Part shown: one piece after another, positions 31,331 to 42,060 of the stretch | Layout of the letters: each line of letters begins with the position of its first letter | How positions within the stretch are numbered: the first letter of the stretch is position 1 | From: Candidatus Latescibacterota bacterium | Lineage (GTDB): Bacteria; Latescibacterota; UBA2968 | DNA length: 58,931 nt | Reading direction: 5' to 3' | NCBI GenBank assembly: GCA_038279365.1 | Contig: JAYODI010000024.1 | Span: 5,146 to 64,076, forward strand | The notes under the pieces: generated by a model | Databases searched by the model: none | What the model saw: the letters and a program-made list of their open reading frames with translations, nothing else | Told to the model about the DNA's origin: nothing | Position numbers and translations under genes: made by a program

Positions 31331-33154
31331 CTAAAATTCGGAATAGAAGATATGGCGATTGTCTTCAATTTGAGCCTTTTCTCGTAGGTCAGCAAACCAA
31401 GATGCTATAACTTCTTGGCGTTTTTGAGAGATCAGTTGTTGTGACAATGTTTCGCGCTCTTCAGCTAACTTTTCTTCATCTATGGGAGTTTTGTTTAGGA
31501 CTTTAAAGATATAGGCGCCTCGGTCGGTGGTGACAATGTCACTGACTTGTCCGACTGGTAAACGGAAAGCTGCACCAACAAAGGCGTTGCGACTTCCCAC
31601 ACTGGGTATAAAATCGACCCGTGAGAATGATTCGGGTTTTTGCACGGTGAGATTAAAAAATTTGGCGGTTTCTTCAAGTGATTTGCCTGATTTGATATGA
31701 CCCAGTACTTCAACCAATCTATCGGCTGCTACTTTTACTTTTTTGCGTTGTTTGAGTTTGCTAACAATTTGATTTTCAACTTCGTCTACTGGTTGTGGAC
31801 CTTCTGGACGAATTTCACGCAAGCCAAAAACATAAATGCCCTGATCTGTTTCATAAACGGTTGATACATCACCGGGGCTTCCTTCTTGGAAAGTATTTAC
31901 CAGCCCTGATGTTTTGTTGCCTAAGAGCGGGAAAAAGCTACCTGCCGTGATAAAGCCCGTGTCTTGGCTTTGTAAATTGGCTTGGTTTACTGCGGCATCA
32001 AATCCAATTTCTGTTGCCTTGGTTTGAAAATCTTGCGCCACGACCCGTAAACTGTCAAGGGTATCACGCCCTGGCTTGACCTCTATGAGAATGTGTCGTG
32101 CATGTACTTGGAGGCTGTCTGCGGCCCCTCTTTTTTCTTCTACTTTGATAATGTGCCAACCAAATTGTGTTTTTACAGGGTTTGAAATTTGGCCAGGCTC
32201 TAAGGCAAAAGCTGCATCTTCAAAGGGCTTGACCATACGACCACGGCCAAAAAAACCTAAATCGCCACCACGAGGGCCACTGGGACCGTCGGAATAAATA
32301 CGTGCCAGTTCGGCAAAGTCTTCGCCTGATTTGGCTTCTTCAAGCACGCGATTGACTTCTCTTTCGGCGTCTGCTTCATCTCGTGGCATGGGTGTTTTGG
32401 CCAAAGAAACAAATGCGGCACGTATAGCAGATTCTTGATGATAGTCTTTGCGGTTTTTATCGTAATAGGCTTGAATTTCAGCATCGCCAACCAATGCAAG
32501 TGAATCGGGAATGGCTGAGATGTCCATGCCGATATACGCAACGTTGACTTTTTCGTTTCGATCGATGTAGGCTTGGCGTACTTCGGCATCTGTAACCTTG
32601 ACGGATCCGGCAACGCGGGTTTCAAGCTTGCGCGAGAGCAATTGACGACGGGCATTGTCTTCGGCAGCCAAGACAAATTGTTTCATTTGTGGGTCACTGT
32701 ATGTGCCTGGGCTGTCTAAAAATTGGTGATATTTGGCAAGGTCAAAGTTGCCGTCGGTTTGGAAGAATTCTTGGCTTTGAATAAATTCAGCGGGTTGTGT
32801 GCGGTTAAAATGATTCACTTCGTTGTCTGAAACACCAATTTGGTATTTTTCGAGTTGTTGGGCCACCAATGTTTGGCTAATCACGCGCTCCCAAGTTTGG
32901 CCAATGACTTGCCCCAGGTCGGGTTCCTGTTGACCATTGTTTTTGGCTTGTTGAAAATCAAAACGAAGTTCTGCTTCGAAGCGTTGGTGAGAAATTTTTT
33001 CGCCATTTACCAACCCAACGGTGTCGCCAACGGATGCTGCGCCCCGACCGCTTACATCGGCACCCCAGTCGAAGACCATGAGGCCAACAAAAGCGACTGA
33101 GACAATGATCATCATAGCTTTGATAAAAGTGGCACTGCGCATATGAGAAAGCAT
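31331..33154 (-). CDS. PpiD/SurA-like periplasmic chaperone with a parvulin domain
   Basis: N-terminal TM helix, then FAELARIYSDGPSGPRGGDLGFF...FEDAAF...TQFGWHII. Confidence 0.9.
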   Translation of the reverse strand: MLSHMRSATFIKAMMIIVSVAFVGLMVFDWGADVSGRGAASVGDTVGLVNGEKISHQRFEAELRFDFQQAKNNGQQEPDLGQVIGQTWERVISQTLVAQQLEKYQIGVSDNEVNHFNRTQPAEFIQSQEFFQTDGNFDLAKYHQFLDSPGTYSDPQMKQFVLAAEDNARRQLLSRKLETRVAGSVKVTDAEVRQAYIDRNEKVNVAYIGMDISAIPDSLALVGDAEIQAYYDKNRKDYHQESAIRAAFVSLAKTPMPRDEADAEREVNRVLEEAKSGEDFAELARIYSDGPSGPRGGDLGFFGRGRMVKPFEDAAFALEPGQISNPVKTQFGWHIIKVEEKRGAADSLQVHARHILIEVKPGRDTLDSLRVVAQDFQTKATEIGFDAAVNQANLQSQDTGFITAGSFFPLLGNKTSGLVNTFQEGSPGDVSTVYETDQGIYVFGLREIRPEGPQPVDEVENQIVSKLKQRKKVKVAADRLVEVLGHIKSGKSLEETAKFFNLTVQKPESFSRVDFIPSVGSRNAFVGAAFRLPVGQVSDIVTTDRGAYIFKVLNKTPIDEEKLAEERETLSQQLISQKRQEVIASWFADLREKAQIEDNRHIFYSEF

Positions 33155-33340
33155 GGAACCAACTCCTCTAACAATATTGGCAAGGAATCTTAGGCAAAGT
33201 GAGTAATAGCACCCAAAATCTAATGAATTATGAGATCCCAAATTTCAGACTTTTTGAGATCGTATAATCTACCTGAAGTTTGTATTGATGGCAAGCATTT
33301 TTTAAGCTAAGTATTGACAAATACAGTTTTTAGGGGTTGC

Positions 33341-33369
33341 TTGACGAGGGGATGTAAAAGCACTATACT
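33341..33369 (+). promoter_or_regulatory. Sigma70-type promoter
   Basis: TTGACG-17 nt-TATACT. Confidence 0.6.
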
Positions 33370-33558
33370 GAGCAATGAAGCTGTGATAGAACCGTTGGTG
33401 ATTGGCAGTTGGCTTAAATCATCACCCAAGGGTGGGGGTACATGCTGGTGGCGGCAGAGTTTTTCATTTCAAAGAAATATCAAAAGTGTGAGACATTCAT
33501 AAGTTGATTGGGTGCAACGATATTCACGACATGATTTATTTTATGCAAAGGACTGTTT

Positions 33559-35793
33559 ATGAAGTATTTGGCTTTTAATTGTTGGGTTTTGTTACTGAGT
33601 GTGAATATGGCTTGGTGTGAAACCTATCATTGGCCAATGGATGCAGAACCTGCTTTGACTTCTACGTTTGGAGAATATCGAGGAGGGCGTTTACATGCCG
33701 CTATTGATCTAAAAACATGGGGCAAAGAAGGGTTTCCTGTTGTGGCTGTAGAAGAGGGATATGTTTGGCGTGTGCGTACATCGCCTTGGGGCTATGGGCG
33801 TGCGGTTTATGTGCAGTTAAAGGATGGGCGTTTTGCGATATGGGCACACTTGTCTGGTTTTTCAGATGTTATTGAACAATATGTAAAAGAAGAGCAAGAT
33901 CGCCGAGAAACATACAGTGTCAATCTTTATTTTCGCGCCGATCAACTGCCAGTCAAAAAAGGAGATGTTGTTGGATATTCGGGCAGTACGGGCATTGGTG
34001 TGCCACATTTGCACTTTGAGTTGCGCGATGGTGATCATCGCCCGCTCAATCCATTAACCCATGGGTTTGATATTAAAGACACAACCCCCCCAACCATTTC
34101 TGCGATTGGCGTGGTGCCGCTCAATGCACATTCTTTGGTCAATGGCACATCGTATCCGCAGGCTTTTGATGTGGTTTGGCATGGCAAAAAGAAGCAATTT
34201 GTTTGTGCCGATACCCTTGTTGTATCTGGCCAAATTGGGATGGGGATGCGTGTCTATGATCGGGCAGATGCATCGGCTTTAACAAATAAATTGGCACCAT
34301 ATAAGTTGCGATTGTTGGTCAACAAAAAAGAAGCTTTTGCAACGACATTCGATGTTTTTGGATATGGGGTAACCCATCATGGTGAATTGGATCGCAATTT
34401 TATGATGAGCCAGCGCGGGTTGGGACGTTTTCACAATTTGTATCGTGGAGCAGGTAATTATCTGCCTTTTTATGGCTCATATCGGATCGGAGACGGTATT
34501 TTGCATGCCGGGGATACCACAAGTCGTACGGGACTTGTTTTGCCCAAAGGTGTTCATCGGGTAACGGTTATTGCCGAAGATGTGAAGGGCAATACGGCTG
34601 AAGCAGTAGTCATGATGCGCGTGGTGGATATGCCTAAAATTCAGACACTTGATGTGGCGTGGATGGATCAGGCCGTGACAGTTCAGGCACAACTTCAACA
34701 TATTAGACGTGCACGTTTTGCGTTTTCTGAAAATTCTGGAAAAACATGGCAACCTTTAGGTGCTTGGCTGTCTGTTCAAAATGATGTGAAACGCACATTG
34801 AAGCGTGTGCGCCGTGCGATTTATCGGTTGGATGGCGAAGATGGCTTTGGGCAAAAGGTGTTTGTGACGTTTTCTGAACCTGTTCAAGAGTTGCCACAAT
34901 TAGAATGTGTGGCTGAATATTTCCCTACATTTTCGGTGGTAAAAATCCAAGCCAATCGATCCATGTCTCAGTTGCCATTGGCAAGCGTGCACGATGCAAG
35001 TGGGCAAGAGAAAAACATAGAGGTCAGACAAACGGGGCTCATGACCTATGAGGCCGTTGTGGCATTTGATGTGCGTGCTGAAAAAGGTATCGTTTTTGAA
35101 GTGCAAGGTGATGGCAAAACCACATCTGTTGTTTTGAAGCAAACGCCCATTACCCCAAGTGGCGGTGGGGTGCTTGTTTCGGATGATCATATGGCCATTG
35201 TTCGTTTTGAGCGAGATGGTGTATACGAAACCTTGTTTGGGCATGTTGTTGCTGATACTGCGATGGCAGATGCTCGTATGGTGGGTATGGCATATCGCAT
35301 GATGCCAGACGATGTGGCGTTTGAAAAGGCTGAAGTGATCTTAAAGTATCCGCAAGGTGTGGCAGATACCAGCAAGATAGGGCTTTATGCTTGGGATGTT
35401 TCAAAAGGCTGGATATTTGTCGATATTGGGCGTGATACGGATATGTATGCGGTTAATGGTGAAGTGAAACATTTGGGTATTTTTGCGCTTTTGATTGATG
35501 ATGTACCACCAGAAATTTTAGAATTTCACCCTGCTAATCATCACGTGGTGCGCGAAAGGCAGCCCAAAATATGGGCAAAGGTTCGCGATGTGTCTTCTGG
35601 GATTTGGCGAGAAGAAGACTATGAGATGCGAATAGATGGCCAAAAGCTGATTGTTGAATATGATCCAGAGGAAGATATGATGTTTGCGCAACCTCGTATC
35701 CCATTGACCGTTGGTACCCATCAGGTTGAAATGATCGTGCGAGATATTTGTGGCAATGAAACGCGGCAGGTGCACATGGTGGTCGTTGAGTAG
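33559..35793 (+). CDS. Secreted M23-family metallopeptidase with a long C-terminal beta region
   Basis: Signal peptide, then HAAIDL, YGRAVY, GYSGSTG and PHLHFELR. Confidence 0.88.
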   Translation: MKYLAFNCWVLLLSVNMAWCETYHWPMDAEPALTSTFGEYRGGRLHAAIDLKTWGKEGFPVVAVEEGYVWRVRTSPWGYGRAVYVQLKDGRFAIWAHLSGFSDVIEQYVKEEQDRRETYSVNLYFRADQLPVKKGDVVGYSGSTGIGVPHLHFELRDGDHRPLNPLTHGFDIKDTTPPTISAIGVVPLNAHSLVNGTSYPQAFDVVWHGKKKQFVCADTLVVSGQIGMGMRVYDRADASALTNKLAPYKLRLLVNKKEAFATTFDVFGYGVTHHGELDRNFMMSQRGLGRFHNLYRGAGNYLPFYGSYRIGDGILHAGDTTSRTGLVLPKGVHRVTVIAEDVKGNTAEAVVMMRVVDMPKIQTLDVAWMDQAVTVQAQLQHIRRARFAFSENSGKTWQPLGAWLSVQNDVKRTLKRVRRAIYRLDGEDGFGQKVFVTFSEPVQELPQLECVAEYFPTFSVVKIQANRSMSQLPLASVHDASGQEKNIEVRQTGLMTYEAVVAFDVRAEKGIVFEVQGDGKTTSVVLKQTPITPSGGGVLVSDDHMAIVRFERDGVYETLFGHVVADTAMADARMVGMAYRMMPDDVAFEKAEVILKYPQGVADTSKIGLYAWDVSKGWIFVDIGRDTDMYAVNGEVKHLGIFALLIDDVPPEILEFHPANHHVVRERQPKIWAKVRDVSSGIWREEDYEMRIDGQKLIVEYDPEEDMMFAQPRIPLTVGTHQVEMIVRDICGNETRQVHMVVVE

Positions 35794-35865
35794 AAGACGT
35801 GTGGTTGATGAACGCCATTAAATATATGGAATGGTTGGTGCAACTATTGCCCGAGGTTTTGCGGT

Positions 35866-36546
35866 ATGATGATTCCCCTTAAAGATGACAATCCGACATA
35901 CACAGCCCCCGTATTTGTTGTGGCAATTATTTTTGTGAATGTTGTTGTATTTGTATATGCCACATTGTTGGGCGATGTGGGATATCATATGTTTACATCT
36001 CGATTTGGTGCGATCCCATTTGAACTGATACATGCAACAGATGCGATTTCTCCAACACCTATACCGCTCTATTTAACATTAATCACATCTATGTTTATGC
36101 ATGGGGGATGGATGCATTTGGGCGGCAATATGCTTTACCTGTGGATTTTTGGTAACAACATCGAAGATACCTTAGGGCATTTTTATTTTGTTGGGTTTTA
36201 TGTGTTATGCGGCGTGATTGCTACGCTTGCCCATGTTGTTTCTGAGCCCGATAGCATGGTACCTATGGTGGGAGCCAGTGGGGCGATTGCGGGTGTATTG
36301 GGTGCCTATATGGCACTGTTTCCAAATTCGCGTATTTTGGTGTTGTTCTTTTACTTTTTCTTGCGTATTCCTGCACTGATTGTTTTGGGTGTTTGGTTTG
36401 TGGTTCAATTGATGAACGCATCAGATGCTGTGGGTGGCGTGGCGTGGTATGCACATATTGCAGGTTTTGTGATGGGTTATGTGCTGATGCGTCATCGACA
36501 AAAAAAAGCGTATGTGGAAGTGTTCGATTCTTGGGATCGTTCATAA
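35866..36546 (+). CDS. Rhomboid intramembrane serine protease
   Basis: FMHGGWMHLGGNM, GASGAI and AHIAGF. Confidence 0.93.
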   Translation: MMIPLKDDNPTYTAPVFVVAIIFVNVVVFVYATLLGDVGYHMFTSRFGAIPFELIHATDAISPTPIPLYLTLITSMFMHGGWMHLGGNMLYLWIFGNNIEDTLGHFYFVGFYVLCGVIATLAHVVSEPDSMVPMVGASGAIAGVLGAYMALFPNSRILVLFFYFFLRIPALIVLGVWFVVQLMNASDAVGGVAWYAHIAGFVMGYVLMRHRQKKAYVEVFDSWDRS

Positions 36547-36563
36547 ATATGGTGAGAAAAAGC

Positions 36564-36599
36564 AAAAAGGGCGATTCTTAATCAGAATCGCCCTTTTTT
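36564..36599. terminator. Bidirectional terminator
   Basis: aaaaagggcgattct-taatc-agaatcgcccttttt. Confidence 0.85.
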
Positions 36600-36662
36600 A
36601 TGTGGTACTGTTTTTTAAAGATTGCATAACCTGCAGTTAGGATGCGTGATCTGATGTGTCAT

Positions 36663-39035
36663 TTAGGGAACGATGACACTGTCACCTTGTTGAAGTTTTG
36701 CTTTTTCAAGCCGCCATCTTTCGATGACGTTTTTGATTTCTTCTGGGTTTTGAATTTCGGGACCTAATCGCAACAGATTTTCGAGTGAGGCCAATGCCAA
36801 GTCGATTTCACCATCTTCGGCAAATTGAACAGCAAGCTCCCGATAGTGTTGACCTGCATGATGCCACGCTTCGGGTACATCTAAAGCGTGTGGGGGCAGA
36901 CGTCTTTCGAGTTCTGTTAAAACTTTAAATGCTTCTTTGGGCATGTCTAATTGAATATACGCTTGTGTGAGACCTGCAAAAATAACGAGATAATTGCTTA
37001 GCAAGCGTCGGGAAACTGGGTCTTTGTGGATTGTGCTATCGGCAACACCAGTATATCGATAATTCTCCAAAAGATTTTCGGTGGTGCGTTGGGTATCAAA
37101 TTGCCCCATACCGCGTTCTTTCACCAGTTTATAAGCCATGCCTTCCATAGATAAAAAGGGACGTAAACCGGCCATATTGCTGTTGGGTACGGTGACTGCA
37201 AAATAGATTGGGCGCGTCCAATTTAATTTTTGCACAATGCGCCAGATCATCCAAGTTTGGGGTTCAACCACTGAAATGGTTTGGGGGCCGTCACCCAGAA
37301 AGTATTCGGCTTTTGGAATATCTTGAGCTTCAAGTTTGATCCCTGGCAGTTCCATACCTTTGTCTTTGTCCCAGGGTTGGGCAAGCATATTGTTGTCTAT
37401 CCAGGCATCTGATAGATCAAGCGGAATGCCCGCATCGCGTATTTGTTTCACATACCAATTGGTTTTGATGAGGCTGAGATTGACTATGTGGACGTCTGTG
37501 CGAATGCCCTCCACTCCTTGAAGGAACCAAAGTGGATATGTGTCGTTGTCTCCATTGGTAAAGAGGATGGCATTTTCTTCGCAGGTTTGCAATATGTTGT
37601 AGGCATAATCATAGGCCACAAAATCACCCGTGCGGTCATGCACGTGATAGTTTTGATATAGGATGCCTGTTGGAATAAGCAAGAGGATGACGGGCGCGAT
37701 GATGGCAATGGGCTTGATATTTTCTTGTATCCAGGCAACGAGCCCAGCTGCGCCTATGCCCATCCAAATACCAAAAAAGGTGTAGGCACCCACAAAAATA
37801 TATTCGCGTTCTCTGGGTTCTGGGTCGGGCATATTGAGGTAGAATACCAATCCTACACCCATAATGGCAAACATGGAAAAGATAGATGAAAACCGTTGCC
37901 AATCTTTTTTGTAGTGATAAACAGCCCCACCAATACCCAATGCTGTGGTAATCAGGGATGTTTGAATGATTTCGTAATTGCTACTAAAAACATCCACCGC
38001 ACGCCGAAAACTCATGGGGATGCCATCAAAAAAAGGGAATTGTTGTAAAAAGTATTTGATGTGAATATTGAGTTGGTAAGCCCAAGGTTCACCACGGCGT
38101 GGAAAGAGAAAATGGGTGCCGTATTGTTGCCGACTTAAGAAGGCTTTGAAGTTGTCCCAAGTTTCGGGGTCATTCATGTCAATGATGGGATTGAGGCCAG
38201 ATCGCAAATAGAGTGTGATGTAGGTTGAAAAACCGAGCACGCCCAAGAGAATTGCCCAAATCCAGAATTGTGGGTTACGCCAAGCTGGGCGCAAGCTCAA
38301 TAGACCAATAACGATGGCTCCCGTCATGAGTATGGCCGCTAACTGGGGAAGCGCTATAGAAAGGAATGGGTAAAAAATAAGCCCAATTACAATGAGCATT
38401 TGGGTTTTGCGTGGTCGGTCTTCAAGCAAATCTGTAAAGATGAGTATGAGTATACCAGGAACGGTGAGCAAACACTGCAAGTGGACACCGGCTCCCAAAC
38501 CAAAGAGATACGCAATGAAGAGCAAGTTGCGATCACTGTGATGGTCTTTATGGGCATCATCCCAGCGAAGGCCCAACCACACGGCCAAAAGCGTGATGCA
38601 CATAGAAAGGCCATACACTTCGGCTTCAATGGCGTTGTTCCAAAAAGAGAAAGAAAAGGCTGTGGAGAGTGCTGCAACGGCAGCACCTGTAAAGATGGCC
38701 ACTTGGTGCTGGGGATTGGTGCGATCAAACCAATTGTTTAAAAGGCGCACCGTACACAAATAGATGAGCAAAACGGTGGCAATGCCCGAAGCCGCAGAAA
38801 GTAGATTGACGCGAAAGGCAATTTCGCCAAAGGGCAACATTGAAAAAATCCGGCCCAATAGGGTATAGAGTGGGGCACCGGGTGGATGGGGTACGCCAAA
38901 CCTGTAAGATGTGGTAATAAATTCACCACAATCCCAAAAGGCGACGGTGGGTGCAAGTGTAGATAAATACACGATGCTGGTTACGGCTGTCACCAGCGTA
39001 GCAACCAAACGGTTGCGTTGTGCAAAGTCGTTCAT
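36663..39035 (-). CDS. DUF2723/TMEM260-like GT-C membrane glycosyltransferase with a TPR-like tail
   Basis: LAPTVAFWDCGEF, GVPHPPGAP, AEVY and FTNGDNDTYPLW. Confidence 0.85.
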   Translation of the reverse strand: MNDFAQRNRLVATLVTAVTSIVYLSTLAPTVAFWDCGEFITTSYRFGVPHPPGAPLYTLLGRIFSMLPFGEIAFRVNLLSAASGIATVLLIYLCTVRLLNNWFDRTNPQHQVAIFTGAAVAALSTAFSFSFWNNAIEAEVYGLSMCITLLAVWLGLRWDDAHKDHHSDRNLLFIAYLFGLGAGVHLQCLLTVPGILILIFTDLLEDRPRKTQMLIVIGLIFYPFLSIALPQLAAILMTGAIVIGLLSLRPAWRNPQFWIWAILLGVLGFSTYITLYLRSGLNPIIDMNDPETWDNFKAFLSRQQYGTHFLFPRRGEPWAYQLNIHIKYFLQQFPFFDGIPMSFRRAVDVFSSNYEIIQTSLITTALGIGGAVYHYKKDWQRFSSIFSMFAIMGVGLVFYLNMPDPEPREREYIFVGAYTFFGIWMGIGAAGLVAWIQENIKPIAIIAPVILLLIPTGILYQNYHVHDRTGDFVAYDYAYNILQTCEENAILFTNGDNDTYPLWFLQGVEGIRTDVHIVNLSLIKTNWYVKQIRDAGIPLDLSDAWIDNNMLAQPWDKDKGMELPGIKLEAQDIPKAEYFLGDGPQTISVVEPQTWMIWRIVQKLNWTRPIYFAVTVPNSNMAGLRPFLSMEGMAYKLVKERGMGQFDTQRTTENLLENYRYTGVADSTIHKDPVSRRLLSNYLVIFAGLTQAYIQLDMPKEAFKVLTELERRLPPHALDVPEAWHHAGQHYRELAVQFAEDGEIDLALASLENLLRLGPEIQNPEEIKNVIERWRLEKAKLQQGDSVIVP

Positions 39036-40045
39036 TGTGCCCTCAAATAAATGGGGTTGGTATAAATCCAAGGGGAATCTTGTATGCGGGCTTCTATTCT
39101 GTAAACACCTGGTTTTTCTGCCAAAAAGGTGTGATGTTGCGTTTGGTGTTGTGCAATGGTTTGGCCGTTGCAAATGACGTTGAGGGTTGCGTGTTGGGGC
39201 AGGTGAACATCCATTTTTGTGGGCGATTGGAAAAGGGTTTCGTCACCCATCATGAATTGTTCGTCGGCCGTGTGAAACTGAACACCCGCACCAGGCATAA
39301 GACCATCGTATGAGATATAACAATGTCCTTGTTGCAAGGCTTTTAAAATTGCTCCAATGTCTTCTTGTTTGTTTCCTGTGAGTGGGCTTTTGAGGTAAAT
39401 GCGTGTATGTAGGGTTCGAAAGGCATCTTCATATGGAAACACAACAAAAGGCAATAGGGGGTATTTTCGTGCGTGTGCATCAATGCCACCAATGGCAACA
39501 CTGCGTCGTTTTTGGCACAGTTGATCCCATTTTTGTAGGGTTTTTATATCTGGGCCGGTGATATGTCGATGGGGGTATTTGTAGTGATTCCAGAAGCGAT
39601 AATATTTAAAATCTTTGATCCAGTCGAACATATACGACCAGAGTTCTAGCCCTGTGCTGTTGTTGGCTGCCCAGTTTTCCCACGAATGGTTTTTTTCTGT
39701 AAACAATGGGCGATAGGTGCCGTGAGGATGTGCGATAAACGAGAGCCCATTTTGGCGGTGTATGTCATCGAGAATGCCCTGATGATCTTGGCGATGATTG
39801 ACACGCTGTTGGGTGCCTATTGCAAGACAGTGCCCGCGTCTACCCGATACCTCATCACCAATAATGAGCAATGTATTTCCATGCCATCCCTCCCAGCCTT
39901 CTGAACGCGCCCGCAATGAATTGTGGTCGGTTAAGATGAGAAAGTCGAGTTCTGTCTGATGGGCTGCATTCAAAATGGTTGGGATGGAGCCCGACCCGTC
40001 AGAATAGGTAGAATGAACATGAATGACACCACAATATTCAAACAC
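39032..40045 (-). CDS. PHP-domain metallohydrolase
   Basis: HVHSTYSDG, LTDHN, AHP and GGIDAH. Confidence 0.85.
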   Translation of the reverse strand: MFEYCGVIHVHSTYSDGSGSIPTILNAAHQTELDFLILTDHNSLRARSEGWEGWHGNTLLIIGDEVSGRRGHCLAIGTQQRVNHRQDHQGILDDIHRQNGLSFIAHPHGTYRPLFTEKNHSWENWAANNSTGLELWSYMFDWIKDFKYYRFWNHYKYPHRHITGPDIKTLQKWDQLCQKRRSVAIGGIDAHARKYPLLPFVVFPYEDAFRTLHTRIYLKSPLTGNKQEDIGAILKALQQGHCYISYDGLMPGAGVQFHTADEQFMMGDETLFQSPTKMDVHLPQHATLNVICNGQTIAQHQTQHHTFLAEKPGVYRIEARIQDSPWIYTNPIYLRAQ

Positions 40046-40067
40046 AATTTAACCTTTGGTGCATCAT

Positions 40068-40316
40068 TTATCGTTCGAGTTCTTCTGGGCCATAAATGCG
40101 AATGGATTCGTATTGTGTTTCAAACTTGAGATAATACACTTTATTGCCTTTGAGAACCCAAGCATTGGCACCTGCACTGGCAATGGCCACTTCTTCTTTA
40201 TTCTCTTTGTCATCGGCAAAGGCGGTGGCGGGTTCAAATATGGGGCGAACCAAATTGGCCAACAGCAAAATGGCGACGATGCCCATAAGCAGGTTGGTCA
40301 AGCGCGTATTGGACAT
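40068..40316 (-). CDS. Hypothetical exported or membrane-anchored protein
   Basis: Strong SD aggaggt and a hydrophobic N-terminus ending in ATAFA. Confidence 0.65.
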   Translation of the reverse strand: MSNTRLTNLLMGIVAILLLANLVRPIFEPATAFADDKENKEEVAIASAGANAWVLKGNKVYYLKFETQYESIRIYGPEELER

Positions 40317-40538
40317 GGAGACCTCCTGAGGGTGAACGTGAGTGTGTTAAAAATAAGGCTTATAATGTAACGGTTTTAAAAGGGGCAGTCAAGCGCAACA
40401 TCTTGAAAAAAAGGCAGATGGGGAAATGGCAAATATGAAGGGGTAAATGATCCAACCCAATTACCCCATTTGGTGTTCGTATCTGATTTTTTGTGTTGTG
40501 TTTGCCATTTGTCATTTGTTGTTTTGCTGAATTTTTTT

Positions 40539-40580
40539 AAAAAAATAGGCCACAAAGGGAGTTCCCATTTGTGGCCTATT
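40539..40580 (-). terminator. Intrinsic terminator after the sigma gene
   Basis: aataggccacaaa/tttgtggcctatt, with a T tract on the minus strand. Confidence 0.75.
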
Positions 40581-40599
40581 GATCTTTCAGATGCAAAAT

Positions 40600-41457
40600 T
40601 TAAAGCAGATAAGATTTGAGCGGGCGACTGCGCGATGTATGACGCAATCGTCTGAGTGCTTTTTCCTTAATCTGTCGTACTCTTTCGCGGGTGAGGCCAA
40701 AACGCTCGCCAATTTCTTCAAGCGTTAAGGGTTGCTCACGATTGATGCCAAAATATAAGGTAATGACTTCGGCTTCACGTGGTGTGAGCGTGGCCAATGC
40801 CTTTTCAATTTCTCGGCGCAACGAGTCGTCTAAGAGTGTTTCGTCAGGCGGCTGTTGCATGCCGTCTTCCAACACGTCGAGCAGGCTGTTGTCTTCGCCT
40901 TCATTAAATGGGGCGTCGAGTGACAGGTGACGGCTGGAAATTTTGAGTGTGTCCCGGACTTCAAAATCGCTCATATCCAACTCATCGGCGATTTCACTGG
41001 GACTGGGTTCGCGACCGTATTCTTGCTCCAAACCACTGGATGCTTTGCCAATTTTGTGCAAGGCACCTACGCGATTGAGGGGCAATCGTACGATGCGCGA
41101 TTGTTCGGCCAATGCCTGTAAAATGGCTTGCCGAATCCACCACACAGCGTAAGAAATAAATTTAAACCCTTTGGTTTCGTCAAAACGTTTGGCCGCTTTG
41201 ATGAGCCCGAGATTGCCTTCGTTGATCAGGTCACCCATAGATAGGCCCTGATTTTGATACTGTTTGGCGACACTCACTACAAAACGCAGGTTGGCTTTGG
41301 TCAACTTTTCGAGGGCATCATGGTCGCCCTTTTTTATGCGTTTGGCCAGCGCAACTTCCTCTTCTGCAGTAAGCAGGTTTACTTCACCAATTTCTTGAAG
41401 ATATTGATCTAACGACTCATCTTCGCGTGCGTAAGGTCTTTTAGCTAGTCTTGACAC
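40600..41457 (-). CDS. RpoD/SigA-family sigma-70 lacking region 1.1
   Basis: [35 protein letters not shown] and [14 protein letters not shown]. Confidence 0.92.
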   Translation of the reverse strand: MSRLAKRPYAREDESLDQYLQEIGEVNLLTAEEEVALAKRIKKGDHDALEKLTKANLRFVVSVAKQYQNQGLSMGDLINEGNLGLIKAAKRFDETKGFKFISYAVWWIRQAILQALAEQSRIVRLPLNRVGALHKIGKASSGLEQEYGREPSPSEIADELDMSDFEVRDTLKISSRHLSLDAPFNEGEDNSLLDVLEDGMQQPPDETLLDDSLRREIEKALATLTPREAEVITLYFGINREQPLTLEEIGERFGLTRERVRQIKEKALRRLRHTSRSRPLKSYLL

Positions 41458-41715
41458 TCGTCAGCCTCTCCTTGTTCACACTGGGGAGTTTCAGTGCGGG
41501 TGATTTGTGGTTAATCCACAAAAGGATATGGACGAACGGATTATGGGGTTGTTTCAGTTTTACGACGTTGCTGCTTGTGGGGAAGACTACATAATAACCT
41601 CCTGTTCCATGTGCGTCGGCTGAAAAATGCACAGTGGGTAACTTGTATGGATTACTTCATCATTGTTTTGTTATAACACTACCAAAAAATGCACCAAAGA
41701 TGCAACACTGAGCGA

Positions 41716-42057
41716 TTACTCAATATTGCTTTCTGGTGCATCTGGTGTGGTGTTGCTGCCTTGTAAAGCGGCAAATTCATCTTCTTGTTCTTGAAGCTGT
41801 GCCTCAAGATCTTTTATGGTTTGAACATGATCTTTAACTTCGTCATCTTGGCCAACGATGGCGCTGGGATTGTGCTCTAATAAGTTATATACTTGCCCAC
41901 CAAGCTCTGTAAATGTGTCATGAATGGCATGGCGTGTACGCGCAATGTCTAATTTGGCACGACTCAATTTGCCATAATGTTCGGCTTTTTCAGCGGCTGT
42001 GGCTGCACCGTCTCGCAGACTTTTTTTTACTTTTTCCCAAAGTGTTTCTGTTTCCAT
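41716..42057 (-). CDS. Hypothetical coiled-coil protein
   Basis: 113-aa helical ORF 3 nt downstream of the BMC-H gene. Confidence 0.7.
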   Translation of the reverse strand: METETLWEKVKKSLRDGAATAAEKAEHYGKLSRAKLDIARTRHAIHDTFTELGGQVYNLLEHNPSAIVGQDDEVKDHVQTIKDLEAQLQEQEDEFAALQGSNTTPDAPESNIE

Positions 42058-42060
42058 CGT

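Noticed and set aside
33375-33470. 6S or SRP RNA after the TTGACG/TATACT promoter
   Set aside because: Only a short hairpin (tggtgatt/aatcatca) is present. It is too short for 6S and lacks the SRP domain IV motif.
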